Source: Paludibacteraceae bacterium (GTDB taxonomy: Bacteria; Bacteroidota; Bacteroidia; Bacteroidales; Paludibacteraceae). From it: a stretch of DNA of 64,000 nt. Positions 1 through 7,831 of this stretch are shown one piece after another. Within the stretch, counting starts at the first letter, position 1. The number at the start of each line of letters is the position of its first letter. Location of the stretch: NCBI GenBank assembly GCA_045119955.1, contig JBGVEG010000162.1, positions 17 through 64,016 on the forward strand, in the 5' to 3' direction. Both the position numbers and the translations under genes were made by a program. Below the pieces are notes generated by a model. It was not told where the DNA came from. It saw nothing but the letters and a program-made list of their open reading frames with translations, and ran no database searches.

Positions 1-626
1 GTCACACCATCGGGGATAACAATGGAGGTAAGGGAGGAGCAACTACAGAAAGCATCATCTCCAATACTCGTCACACCATCGGGGATAACAATGGAGGTAA
101 GGGAGGAGCAACCATAGAAAGCATAAACTCCAATACTCGTCACACCATCGGGGATAACAATGGAGGTAAGGGATTCGCAACCAGAGAAAGCCCGCTCTCC
201 AATACTCGTCACACCATCGGGGATAACAATGGAGGTAAGGGATGAGCAATGATAGAAAGCCTTCTCTCCAATACTCGTCACACCATTTCCAATAACAATG
301 GAGGTAAGGGAGTAGCAATATTGGAAAGTATACTGTCCAATACTCGTCACACCATCGGGGATAACAATGGAGGTAAGGGAGGTGCAATTATAGAAAGCCT
401 CCTCACCAATACTCGTCACACCATCGGGGATAATAATGGAGGTAAGGGATTCGCAATATCGGAAAGCCCTCTCTCCAATACTCGTCACACGATAAGCCAC
501 TTTTTGAAACACTACGGTCTCGGGGATAATGATATCGCCCTCGTAACCTTTCTTTTGGATGACCTCTGCGGTCAAGTTTTCCTCATCGAGGCGGTATTTA
601 ATACCTTTGATGATTTTTTCTATCAT
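1..626 (-). CDS. BspA-like leucine-rich repeat (LRR_5-type) protein, C-terminal part cut off by the window edge
   Basis: Absent from the ORF track because it has no stop codon inside the window. Reverse-strand translation from the ATG at 626-624 reads [55 protein letters not shown], followed by ~23-aa units ([18 protein letters not shown]). It is still in frame at base 1 (...[19 protein letters not shown]). The N-terminus is almost identical to the two paralogues at 725-2260 and 2340-2918. Confidence 0.8.
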   Translation of the reverse strand, partial: MIEKIIKGIKYRLDEENLTAEVIQKKGYEGDIIIPETVVFQKVAYRVTSIGERAFRYCESLTSIIIPDGVTSIGEEAFYNCTSLTSIVIPDGVTSIGQYTFQYCYSLTSIVIGNGVTSIGEKAFYHCSSLTSIVIPDGVTSIGERAFSGCESLTSIVIPDGVTSIGVYAFYGCSSLTSIVIPDGVTSIGDDAFCSCSSLTSIVIPDGV

Positions 627-724
627 AATTGTTATCTTTTTAGTTATTTGCTTTTGTACTATCTACCATCTACAGGGCTCTGCCCGTTCTACAGCGCAGC
701 GTCCTATAGCCTCAAAGAGGCGTC

Positions 725-2260
725 CTATATCTTCACCTCCCCATCGGTGCAATGGATAACTTTAGCTGGGACATTTTTCTTCCAAGCATAACCTAAATTT
801 ATCCCTTTCCACTGCGCTTTGGTGCCATTGAATGTGATGGAGGTAAGGGAGATGCAATCCTCGAAAGCATAATCTCCAATACTCGTCACACCATCGGGGA
901 TAACCATGGAGGTAAGGGATTTGCAACCCAAGAAAGCACACCATCCAATACTCGTCACAGTATCGGGGATAACCATGGAGGTAAGGGAGGAGCACTCTCT
1001 GAAAGCAACCTTTTCAATACTCGTCACACCATCGGGGATAACAATGGAGGTAAGGGAGGAGCAATCCCAGAAAGCCCCATCTCCAATGCTTGTTACGCTG
1101 TTAGGGATAGTAATGGAGGTAAGGGAGGAGCAACGCCAAAAAGCATCCTCTCCAATACTCGTCACAGTATCGGGGATAACAATGGAGGTAAGGGAGGAAC
1201 AACCCTCGAAAGCAGAATCTCCAATACTCGTCACACCATTTCCAATAACAATGGAGGTAAGGGAGGAGCACTCTTTGAAAGCACCCCCTCCAATACTCGT
1301 CACACTATCGGGGATAACAATGGAGGTAAGGGAGTCGCAACCGTTGAAAGCACCCCCTCCAATACTCGTCACACCATCAGGGATAATGGTGTTCTGGCAA
1401 CCGCGGATAAGTGTATTGGTCGCTGTGTGGATAATCGCGTTGCATTGCTCTCGACTATCATACACCGTATTACCTTCTGCTACTACCAAGGAGGTAAGGG
1501 AGGAGCAACCCCTGAAAGCACCACTTCCAATACTCGTCACACTATCGGGGATAACAATGGAGGTAAGGGAGGAGCAACCAGAGAAAGCACTATGTCCAAT
1601 ACTCGTCACACCATCGGGGATAACCATGGAGGTAAGGGAGGAGCAATCATAGAAAGCCTCCTCTCCAATACTCGTCACACCATCAGGGATAATGGTGTTC
1701 TGTCCACCGCGGATAAGTGTATTGGTCGCTGTGTGGATAATCGCGTTGCATTGCTCTCGACTATCATACACCGTATTACCTTCCCCTACTACCACAGAGG
1801 TAAGGGAGGAGCGACCATAGAAAGCCTGCTCTCCAATACTCGTCACACCATTTCCAATAACAATGGAGGTAAGGGAGGAACAATATTGGAAAGCGTACTT
1901 TCCAATACTCGTCACACTATCGGGGATAGTAATGGAGGTAAGGGAGGAGCAACCACTGAAAGCCCGCTTTCCAATACTCGTCACACCATTTCCAATAACA
2001 ATGGAGGTAAGGGAGGAGCAATCATCGACTGCCTCCTGTCCAATATTCGTCACGCTATCTGGGATAACAATGGAAGTAAGGTACTCACATTGGTAGAAAG
2101 CCCTCTCTCCAATACTCGTTACACGATAAACCACGTTTTGAAACACTACGGTCTCGGGGATAATGATATCGCCCTTGTAACCTTTCTTTTGGATGACCTC
2201 TGCGGTCAAGTTTTCCTTATCGAGGCGGTATTTAATACCTTTAATAATTTTGTCAATCAT
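725..2260 (-). CDS. BspA-like leucine-rich repeat protein (511 aa)
   Basis: Roughly 19 tandem ~23-aa units (SLTSIVIP[DN][SG]VTSIG..AF..C). Conserved N-cap [13 protein letters not shown] and C-cap FNGTKAQW...HCTDGEVKI. No hydrophobic signal peptide. Contains an internal 306-nt duplication (1375 vs 1681). Confidence 0.85.
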   Translation of the reverse strand: MIDKIIKGIKYRLDKENLTAEVIQKKGYKGDIIIPETVVFQNVVYRVTSIGERAFYQCEYLTSIVIPDSVTNIGQEAVDDCSSLTSIVIGNGVTSIGKRAFSGCSSLTSITIPDSVTSIGKYAFQYCSSLTSIVIGNGVTSIGEQAFYGRSSLTSVVVGEGNTVYDSREQCNAIIHTATNTLIRGGQNTIIPDGVTSIGEEAFYDCSSLTSMVIPDGVTSIGHSAFSGCSSLTSIVIPDSVTSIGSGAFRGCSSLTSLVVAEGNTVYDSREQCNAIIHTATNTLIRGCQNTIIPDGVTSIGGGAFNGCDSLTSIVIPDSVTSIGGGAFKECSSLTSIVIGNGVTSIGDSAFEGCSSLTSIVIPDTVTSIGEDAFWRCSSLTSITIPNSVTSIGDGAFWDCSSLTSIVIPDGVTSIEKVAFRECSSLTSMVIPDTVTSIGWCAFLGCKSLTSMVIPDGVTSIGDYAFEDCISLTSITFNGTKAQWKGINLGYAWKKNVPAKVIHCTDGEVKI

Positions 2261-2339
2261 TTTATTTATCTTTTTATTTATTTTTTACTATCTACCATCT
2301 ACAGGGCTCTGCCCGATCTACAGCGCAGCGATCTATCAA

Positions 2340-2918
2340 CTATATCTTCACCTTCCCATCGGTACAACGGACTACTGTCGTTGGTAATGATTCATTCCAC
2401 CCAGCTCCTAATTGGATTTTCTCCCATTGTGCCTTCGTGCCATTGAAACGGATGGATTTAAGGAAGCAGCAATCACGGAAAGCACAATCTCCAATACTCG
2501 TCACGCTATTGGGGATAACGATGGATTTCAGGTCGGTGCAGCAGAAAACTTCCTCTCCAATACTCGTCACACTATCGGGGATAACGACAGATGTAAGAGG
2601 TATGCAACCCTTGAACGCCCTATCTCCAATACTCGTCACACTATTGGGTATAACGATGGCTTCTAGGGAGAAGCAATCTTCGAATGCCTCCTGTCCAATA
2701 TTCGTCACGCTATCTGGGATAACAATGGAAGTAAGGTACTCACATTGGCAGAAAGCACCCTCTCCAATACTCGTCACGCGATAAGCCACTTCTTGAAACA
2801 CTACAGTCTCGGGGATAATGATATCGCCCTCGTAACCATTCTCTTGTTTGATGACCTCTGCGGTCAATGTCTCCTCTTTGAGGCGGTAATTAATACCTTT
2901 GATAATTTTTTCTATCAT
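2340..2918 (-). CDS. Short BspA-like leucine-rich repeat protein (192 aa)
   Basis: Same N-cap ([13 protein letters not shown]) and C-cap (FNGTKAQWEKIQLG...RCTDGKVKI) as 725-2260, but with only ~5 LRR units. Confidence 0.8.
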   Translation of the reverse strand: MIEKIIKGINYRLKEETLTAEVIKQENGYEGDIIIPETVVFQEVAYRVTSIGEGAFCQCEYLTSIVIPDSVTNIGQEAFEDCFSLEAIVIPNSVTSIGDRAFKGCIPLTSVVIPDSVTSIGEEVFCCTDLKSIVIPNSVTSIGDCAFRDCCFLKSIRFNGTKAQWEKIQLGAGWNESLPTTVVRCTDGKVKI

Positions 2919-2996
2919 AATATCAGTTAAGTTAAGTTAATTTTATTTTATACTAGAATTATTTACTTATCTGCCCTCTACAGGGATTTGCCCGAT

Positions 2997-4400
2997 CTAC
3001 AATATCTCTTCCCAGCCTTTTTTGATATTGCTGGCAATCTCTGCTTCGAAGATGTCGCGGACTTGTTGTTCGTCGGACGAATACGCCATATCGCGTTTGA
3101 TCATCTCTTTGCGGCTACTACTATAGTCGGTATGGTAGAAGATATAGGCAGGGAAACGTGGATTAGACTCTTTGTTAGTCTTCCAAAGCAAGAACTTATG
3201 AATCATCACTTTCTCGCCTGACACCTTCTTAAATACTCGGCGTGCCAATAGAGTACTTGGTTCCCCCTTTTGGTTGATGTTATCGTTTTCCTCGAACGGA
3301 CATATATCGCTGAGTTGGCTGACACGCACATCGGTAGGGTTGACAGATTTGTCGCTTCGTTCGCGGTCGATAGTCAATCCCAAAGCCGATACACCTGGTA
3401 CCATTCCCTGCATGAGCCATCCCTGCTCTGGATTGAATAACAAGATCGGATTGGTGCGGATCTTGTCGTCGTTGCCACGTGCTACGAGTTCCAATACCGA
3501 TAGCTCCATCACTATCTCTGGCTTCACCATCTGGTATGCCACTCCGCGTGAGTCAGACAACACATATTGCGACTCTACATGCAGGTTGCTCAAGCGCTGG
3601 GTGATAGCTTGGCGTTGTTCATCGTTGAGACCGTTGCTGCCAACGGCGAACATCTGCATGGTGCCATCAGGCAAGGCTACCGCAAACATCAAGTCGCGCA
3701 CCATGGTGATGGAAGTGGTATAGCCTATCACAGCGGCATCAATCGTATGGCGTGGTTTGATCTTCGCCACCATCAGATTGTCGGTATGCACAACTAATCC
3801 TTCTGCTCCCTGCTCTTCTACCCACTCTTGGTAGATCTGCTTTACCTCATCAATGCCCGCCACTTGGCGCATCTCCACAGGCATACAAAGGCGCGTGGTT
3901 TTATAGACAGTCTTGCCCTCTTTGTTCTGCGCTTTCAGGCGGAGAAGTTCCACCAGTTTGGTATGTACCTCACCGTAGTTTTGTGGACAAAAAGCCTCTC
4001 CATTGATGGAGATGATATCAAAGACTGCGAGCGACAGTTGGTCGCGCAATGTATCATCCGCCAATGCACGCGCTACATCGCCACATCGTGGACGCCCTTC
4101 TTCACGAGGCAGATAGAGCTCAGCAGCCATCACAGCGGTGCTGACACCTGCCTTGCCCATAAACCCTGCGAACATATCCATGCATTTGAGTTGATCGGCA
4201 CGCTGTTTACCATTGCTATTTAGCATAAAAACCTGCCCATCTTCATAGAAGAGGCATTGCATGTGTCCGTCAATTTTGCGTGTTACCCAAAACGATTCGC
4301 CTGCGAGGCGCGATTGGATCTTAGCCCCCTCCACAAGCATAAATTTGCTGGCTACATTCTTCTTGTAGTCAATAGCCATTTGTATGTATTGTTGGTTCAT
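2997..4400 (-). CDS. ATP-dependent DNA/RNA ligase-family nucleotidyltransferase with an OB domain and a WGR-like C-terminal extension (467 aa)
   Basis: Covalent nucleotidyltransferase motifs are present in canonical order and spacing: I K42-IDG, III AAELYL, IIIa LAVFDII, IV EGLVVH, V MVAKIKP. An OB-like segment follows (DAAVIGYT...FAVGSNGL). The last ~110 aa (KFLLWKT..AYIFYHTDY..SSDEQQVRDIFEAEIASNIKKGWEEI) resemble a WGR-domain pattern. The WGR call is tentative. Confidence 0.8.
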   Translation of the reverse strand: MNQQYIQMAIDYKKNVASKFMLVEGAKIQSRLAGESFWVTRKIDGHMQCLFYEDGQVFMLNSNGKQRADQLKCMDMFAGFMGKAGVSTAVMAAELYLPREEGRPRCGDVARALADDTLRDQLSLAVFDIISINGEAFCPQNYGEVHTKLVELLRLKAQNKEGKTVYKTTRLCMPVEMRQVAGIDEVKQIYQEWVEEQGAEGLVVHTDNLMVAKIKPRHTIDAAVIGYTTSITMVRDLMFAVALPDGTMQMFAVGSNGLNDEQRQAITQRLSNLHVESQYVLSDSRGVAYQMVKPEIVMELSVLELVARGNDDKIRTNPILLFNPEQGWLMQGMVPGVSALGLTIDRERSDKSVNPTDVRVSQLSDICPFEENDNINQKGEPSTLLARRVFKKVSGEKVMIHKFLLWKTNKESNPRFPAYIFYHTDYSSSRKEMIKRDMAYSSDEQQVRDIFEAEIASNIKKGWEEIL

Positions 4401-4504
4401 AATCTTTTCTTAGGTTAAAGGTTAAAGGTTAGAGGTTAAAGGCTGGTAATATGCGGCTATGCCGCCCTGCCTCTCGCCTTTCGCCTAATAGCCTTTTCGC
4501 CTAT

Positions 4505-5197
4505 TTAAACAGTTTTCAACTCCATATTAGTTAGTCGCAGTATGAGGGCGTAGCTGTCGCCTTGTACGCGGCCTTCCAAGAAAGCACGGTAGGGTGTACC
4601 GCCATTAGACATTACCACAGGTCCTACTCCTTTGTCACCACCGCCTAACAACATCATCGCATTGGCATCCGCCAATTTCTTAGCCATGTCGTATAGGAAG
4701 TCAAAGGTCAGACCATTGACATGCTGCACCTGATAACTCTTTTTGAATACGAACATACGCATAATACGGTCCTTAGGCATCAGTTTGCCTGTCCAGCGCA
4801 ATGGCACACCATCTAGTGCAATATTAGCAGGCAGGATGGTTTCTTGGCGCACCTCTTTCTCGCTGCCATCGGGCAAATAGACGTGCTCTTGGATCTTCAC
4901 ACCATAAGCCACCTTTTGGTTGGGTGAGAGATATACCTTTTTTAGCCCCTCTACTTTGAGTCCGAATTGCTCCATATCGATCTCAGGATCGGCAGCAATA
5001 AGTTGGTTTGCTAACTGGTCGGCATACTGCTCCAGCAGCACGGTATCAGTAGTGGAGGTGGTGAGTTTGAGTCGGCGTTCGCTGATACCGACGTGCCCCT
5101 CTGGTGTCTTATATACAGGGGTCAAGCGCTTTACTGCATTGCCAAATCCCACTTCGGCATCGCGCTTTACATCGTTGGATAGATTGATTTTTCGCAT
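4505..5197 (-). CDS. Hypothetical protein (230 aa), partner of the ligase
   Basis: Clean ORF, co-directional, 104 nt upstream of the ligase gene. I recognise no motifs in it. Confidence 0.6.
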   Translation of the reverse strand: MRKINLSNDVKRDAEVGFGNAVKRLTPVYKTPEGHVGISERRLKLTTSTTDTVLLEQYADQLANQLIAADPEIDMEQFGLKVEGLKKVYLSPNQKVAYGVKIQEHVYLPDGSEKEVRQETILPANIALDGVPLRWTGKLMPKDRIMRMFVFKKSYQVQHVNGLTFDFLYDMAKKLADANAMMLLGGGDKGVGPVVMSNGGTPYRAFLEGRVQGDSYALILRLTNMELKTV

Positions 5198-5317
5198 TGT
5201 GTTTCTTGTTGTGTATGGTGTAAAGTGTATGGTGTAAAGGCGATGATAATGCGGCTCTGCCGCTATCCACTGCCTTTAAACTTTAAACTCTGAACTTTAA
5301 ACTATGCGCCCCGCGCA

Positions 5318-5941
5318 TCAGAACATACTGAAATCTAATTCATCAATTTCTTCGATTACTTCTTCGTTTTCGTCAATAGTAGTCTGTTCAGCCAGCGATA
5401 CCAACTCAAAGGGTTGTGGATCGCCCGCAAAGAGGAATAGTCCGCTTGGTGTGTTGATAAGGTAACCATCGTTGTGATTGGTACTTTCGCGGTAGTTGAA
5501 ATCAAATTTGTAGATAGCTTCTCCCACCGCTGCTGCCAATTCGTCGTTCACGATTTGATACACAGCCTCCCAATCGTTGTCGAGAAACTGCTCTGTATTA
5601 ACCGTTTGCGTAAGAGGGATAGGCGCATCAAAGGATGAAGGATAGAGTATCAGTTCGTTTCCATCGTTGTCGTATGCCTTGAGGGCAGCCTTGTCCACCC
5701 AGCGGCCAGTGTCATCCACAGTGGCGTGTTTGAGTCCGCCGGATGGAATGATCAATGCATCGTCTGGCGATAGATATGCCGATGTGCATACTTCTCCATT
5801 TTTGTCGGTAGCCACCAATGCACTCCAACCGTATATTTTCTTGCGATCGAGTTTCACGGGTGCCGCAGCATAGTTTGTGCCAGATAGTGAAAAAATAAGT
5901 TCTTTTGCCATATTAAGAGTTGTTTTTATGTACGATTTCAA
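5318..5941 (-). CDS. Hypothetical protein (207 aa, or 197 aa from the ATG at 5911) with an SSB-like acidic C-terminal tip
   Basis: Clean ORF. The C-terminus EEVIEEIDELDFSMF is acidic and ends in a hydrophobic/aromatic residue, like the SSB partner-recruiting tail. The rest is unrecognised. Confidence 0.6.
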   Translation of the reverse strand: MKSYIKTTLNMAKELIFSLSGTNYAAAPVKLDRKKIYGWSALVATDKNGEVCTSAYLSPDDALIIPSGGLKHATVDDTGRWVDKAALKAYDNDGNELILYPSSFDAPIPLTQTVNTEQFLDNDWEAVYQIVNDELAAAVGEAIYKFDFNYRESTNHNDGYLINTPSGLFLFAGDPQPFELVSLAEQTTIDENEEVIEEIDELDFSMF

Positions 5942-5985
5942 TCATCTTCTGCCAAATTCTGACCATTGCCAATCATAGGTGTTAA

Positions 5986-7278
5986 TTATTGTAGTGATGG
6001 ATAGATTTGTTTGCCGTCTTTAAGTACAGTTACTTGTAAGCCGGGTAAGAGATTGTGCTTCTTCAAAGTCTCTAAAAATTTTTGAAAACTTTGAGTTGGT
6101 CTTTCGTCGGTGTACCAATCAGTTCGAACACGATATTCTGTATCAGCGATTTCAATCGTAGCATATACAGGAAAACTACCACTTGGAAGAGGTTCTGTAT
6201 TGGGTGCAAAGAGCGTATTATCGCCGTAAAAGTCTTTCTTATGAATATAGTTTTCAAAACGATCAATATCTTTCTGTGATTGTAGTTTGTCATATTGCTT
6301 TGCTAACTCTTCTATGATAGCATGTGCGGCTCTGCCTAACGAGGTATAGTCCTGTTTTATGTTTTCGGGGGCTATAATTTCTACTTTATGTGTACTGCTG
6401 ATATTTTTATATTTCTTCAGTACTGACGCTAATTCTTCATATATTTGCTTTTTTTCTAAATCATTATTTGCCACCGTAGCTGTTTCTATCGCAGTTGCAA
6501 ATAAATCAAAATTCTCATCAAGAAATTTCTTTAACTTTTCTTTTAATTCCTTTCCCATAGCCATAATGATTTTATCTGTTTGTTTTTCCACATTAACAGG
6601 TTTCTCCAATGTTAGAATATAATCCTTTAATATAAATTCTGTTCTTGGATTGAGATTAGGTAGTTGTAATAATGGTTCGATGATATTATCTACGATATCT
6701 TGGTAGGTAATACAAATAAATTCCTCACATTGTGGTAGTTGCGATTTATCACAACGATTGTAGATATATACATTTTCGAATCCATCTTTTTTTTGTGAGT
6801 ATTCCCGATGATATCTTTTTGTTTGTCCAATATCATTTTTATCTATTGTTTCGGGCGCATTCACTTTATTTTCGAAAATAACTCTAATATTCTTTGGCTC
6901 TGCTTCTATTTCTAAAATAATATCAACCCTATCACGATCTTTTCCTGCAACCTCTCTTTTTGCAGTACATTTAGTTATCTTGTCGGCAATGATTGGCAAA
7001 TGCTTGCCTAATTTCTTCTCATCATTATATATATTATTAATATTCTCCGTGACTTTTTTATTGATTAACTCAATCAAGTTCTCTGCAGGTGATACTAATT
7101 GGTGATCGGATGACGAATCAAACAACCATGCTAAAAAGTCGCTATGCTTGTTTTCGTCTCGATGAACGCCCACAATCTCCATCATGGATTTGGTTTGGTA
7201 GCGATTCTTCAGGAATTTAACACAACGTTGTTTGTTGAAGTTCTCCAACTTATTCTGTATTGTTTTATCCTTAGCCAT
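5986..7278 (-). CDS. PD-(D/E)XK nuclease-superfamily protein (430 aa)
   Basis: N-terminal H.DFLAWLFD motif, then a D...E.K core (RVDIILEIE...VIFENKVNA). The gene is clearly more AT-rich than its neighbours. Confidence 0.65.
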   Translation of the reverse strand: MAKDKTIQNKLENFNKQRCVKFLKNRYQTKSMMEIVGVHRDENKHSDFLAWLFDSSSDHQLVSPAENLIELINKKVTENINNIYNDEKKLGKHLPIIADKITKCTAKREVAGKDRDRVDIILEIEAEPKNIRVIFENKVNAPETIDKNDIGQTKRYHREYSQKKDGFENVYIYNRCDKSQLPQCEEFICITYQDIVDNIIEPLLQLPNLNPRTEFILKDYILTLEKPVNVEKQTDKIIMAMGKELKEKLKKFLDENFDLFATAIETATVANNDLEKKQIYEELASVLKKYKNISSTHKVEIIAPENIKQDYTSLGRAAHAIIEELAKQYDKLQSQKDIDRFENYIHKKDFYGDNTLFAPNTEPLPSGSFPVYATIEIADTEYRVRTDWYTDERPTQSFQKFLETLKKHNLLPGLQVTVLKDGKQIYPSLQ

Positions 7279-7297
7279 GAACTTAGTTATTTAGTTG

Positions 7298-7789
7298 TTA
7301 GTCGTTTATGTTCATGTCCTCATATCCATCTTGCTTTGTTAGGATGGAATAATAGACTTTGAGTACATAGCATGGATCGTATTCACATTCAGGTACCAAT
7401 ATGAGGCAGCAATCCTCAGGGCGAGCAAAGACAGTGTCATCTGCGACACACAATTCCTCAATGTCCATCACTAGTGTTTGCCTTTCCTCATCGGCACGAA
7501 CCGTGACATAGAATTTCAATGCATCATTATCAATGAATATTCCATCTATCTGCAAACGCAAAAAGTCACCTGCTGTCTCATCAAAATAAATCATTGTAGT
7601 TTCGCTATGCAGGTCATAGTCGTTGAACATATCTATAGATATATCTGCAGCAGATACATACGGATTGGTGGTCGCATGACGCAGGATAAGATGTTCTCTG
7701 CCCTGTTTCAGCATTTCATCTTTGATTTGTTGGCACAGCTGTATAAACTCTAAGCGTTGTTCTGCTCTTCTTTCTTCGTATGTTTTCAT
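7298..7789 (-). CDS. Hypothetical small acidic protein (163 aa)
   Basis: ORF 19 nt upstream of the PD-(D/E)XK gene and 42 nt downstream of the channel-like gene. AT-rich. No recognisable motif. Confidence 0.5.
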   Translation of the reverse strand: MKTYEERRAEQRLEFIQLCQQIKDEMLKQGREHLILRHATTNPYVSAADISIDMFNDYDLHSETTMIYFDETAGDFLRLQIDGIFIDNDALKFYVTVRADEERQTLVMDIEELCVADDTVFARPEDCCLILVPECEYDPCYVLKVYYSILTKQDGYEDMNIND

Positions 7790-7831
7790 ATACTTTGGGG
7801 TTGTAATGTATCGTAATATAGTTCGTTTTTT

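Noticed and set aside
249-2446. Long plus-strand ORFs (249-791, 906-1652, 1427-2446, 1863-2096) and minus-strand ORFs in other frames (55-387, 762-995) across the LRR genes
   Set aside because: They are antisense or off-frame readings of the 69-nt LRR periodicity (peptides such as [15 protein letters not shown] or MEVREEQ repeat with the same period). The LRR frame has proper caps and starts, and it explains the region.
1-2918. A regular ~69-nt repeat that could be mistaken for a CRISPR array
   Set aside because: The units are contiguous with no unique spacers, they are in frame, and they encode a canonical LRR consensus. No cas genes are present.
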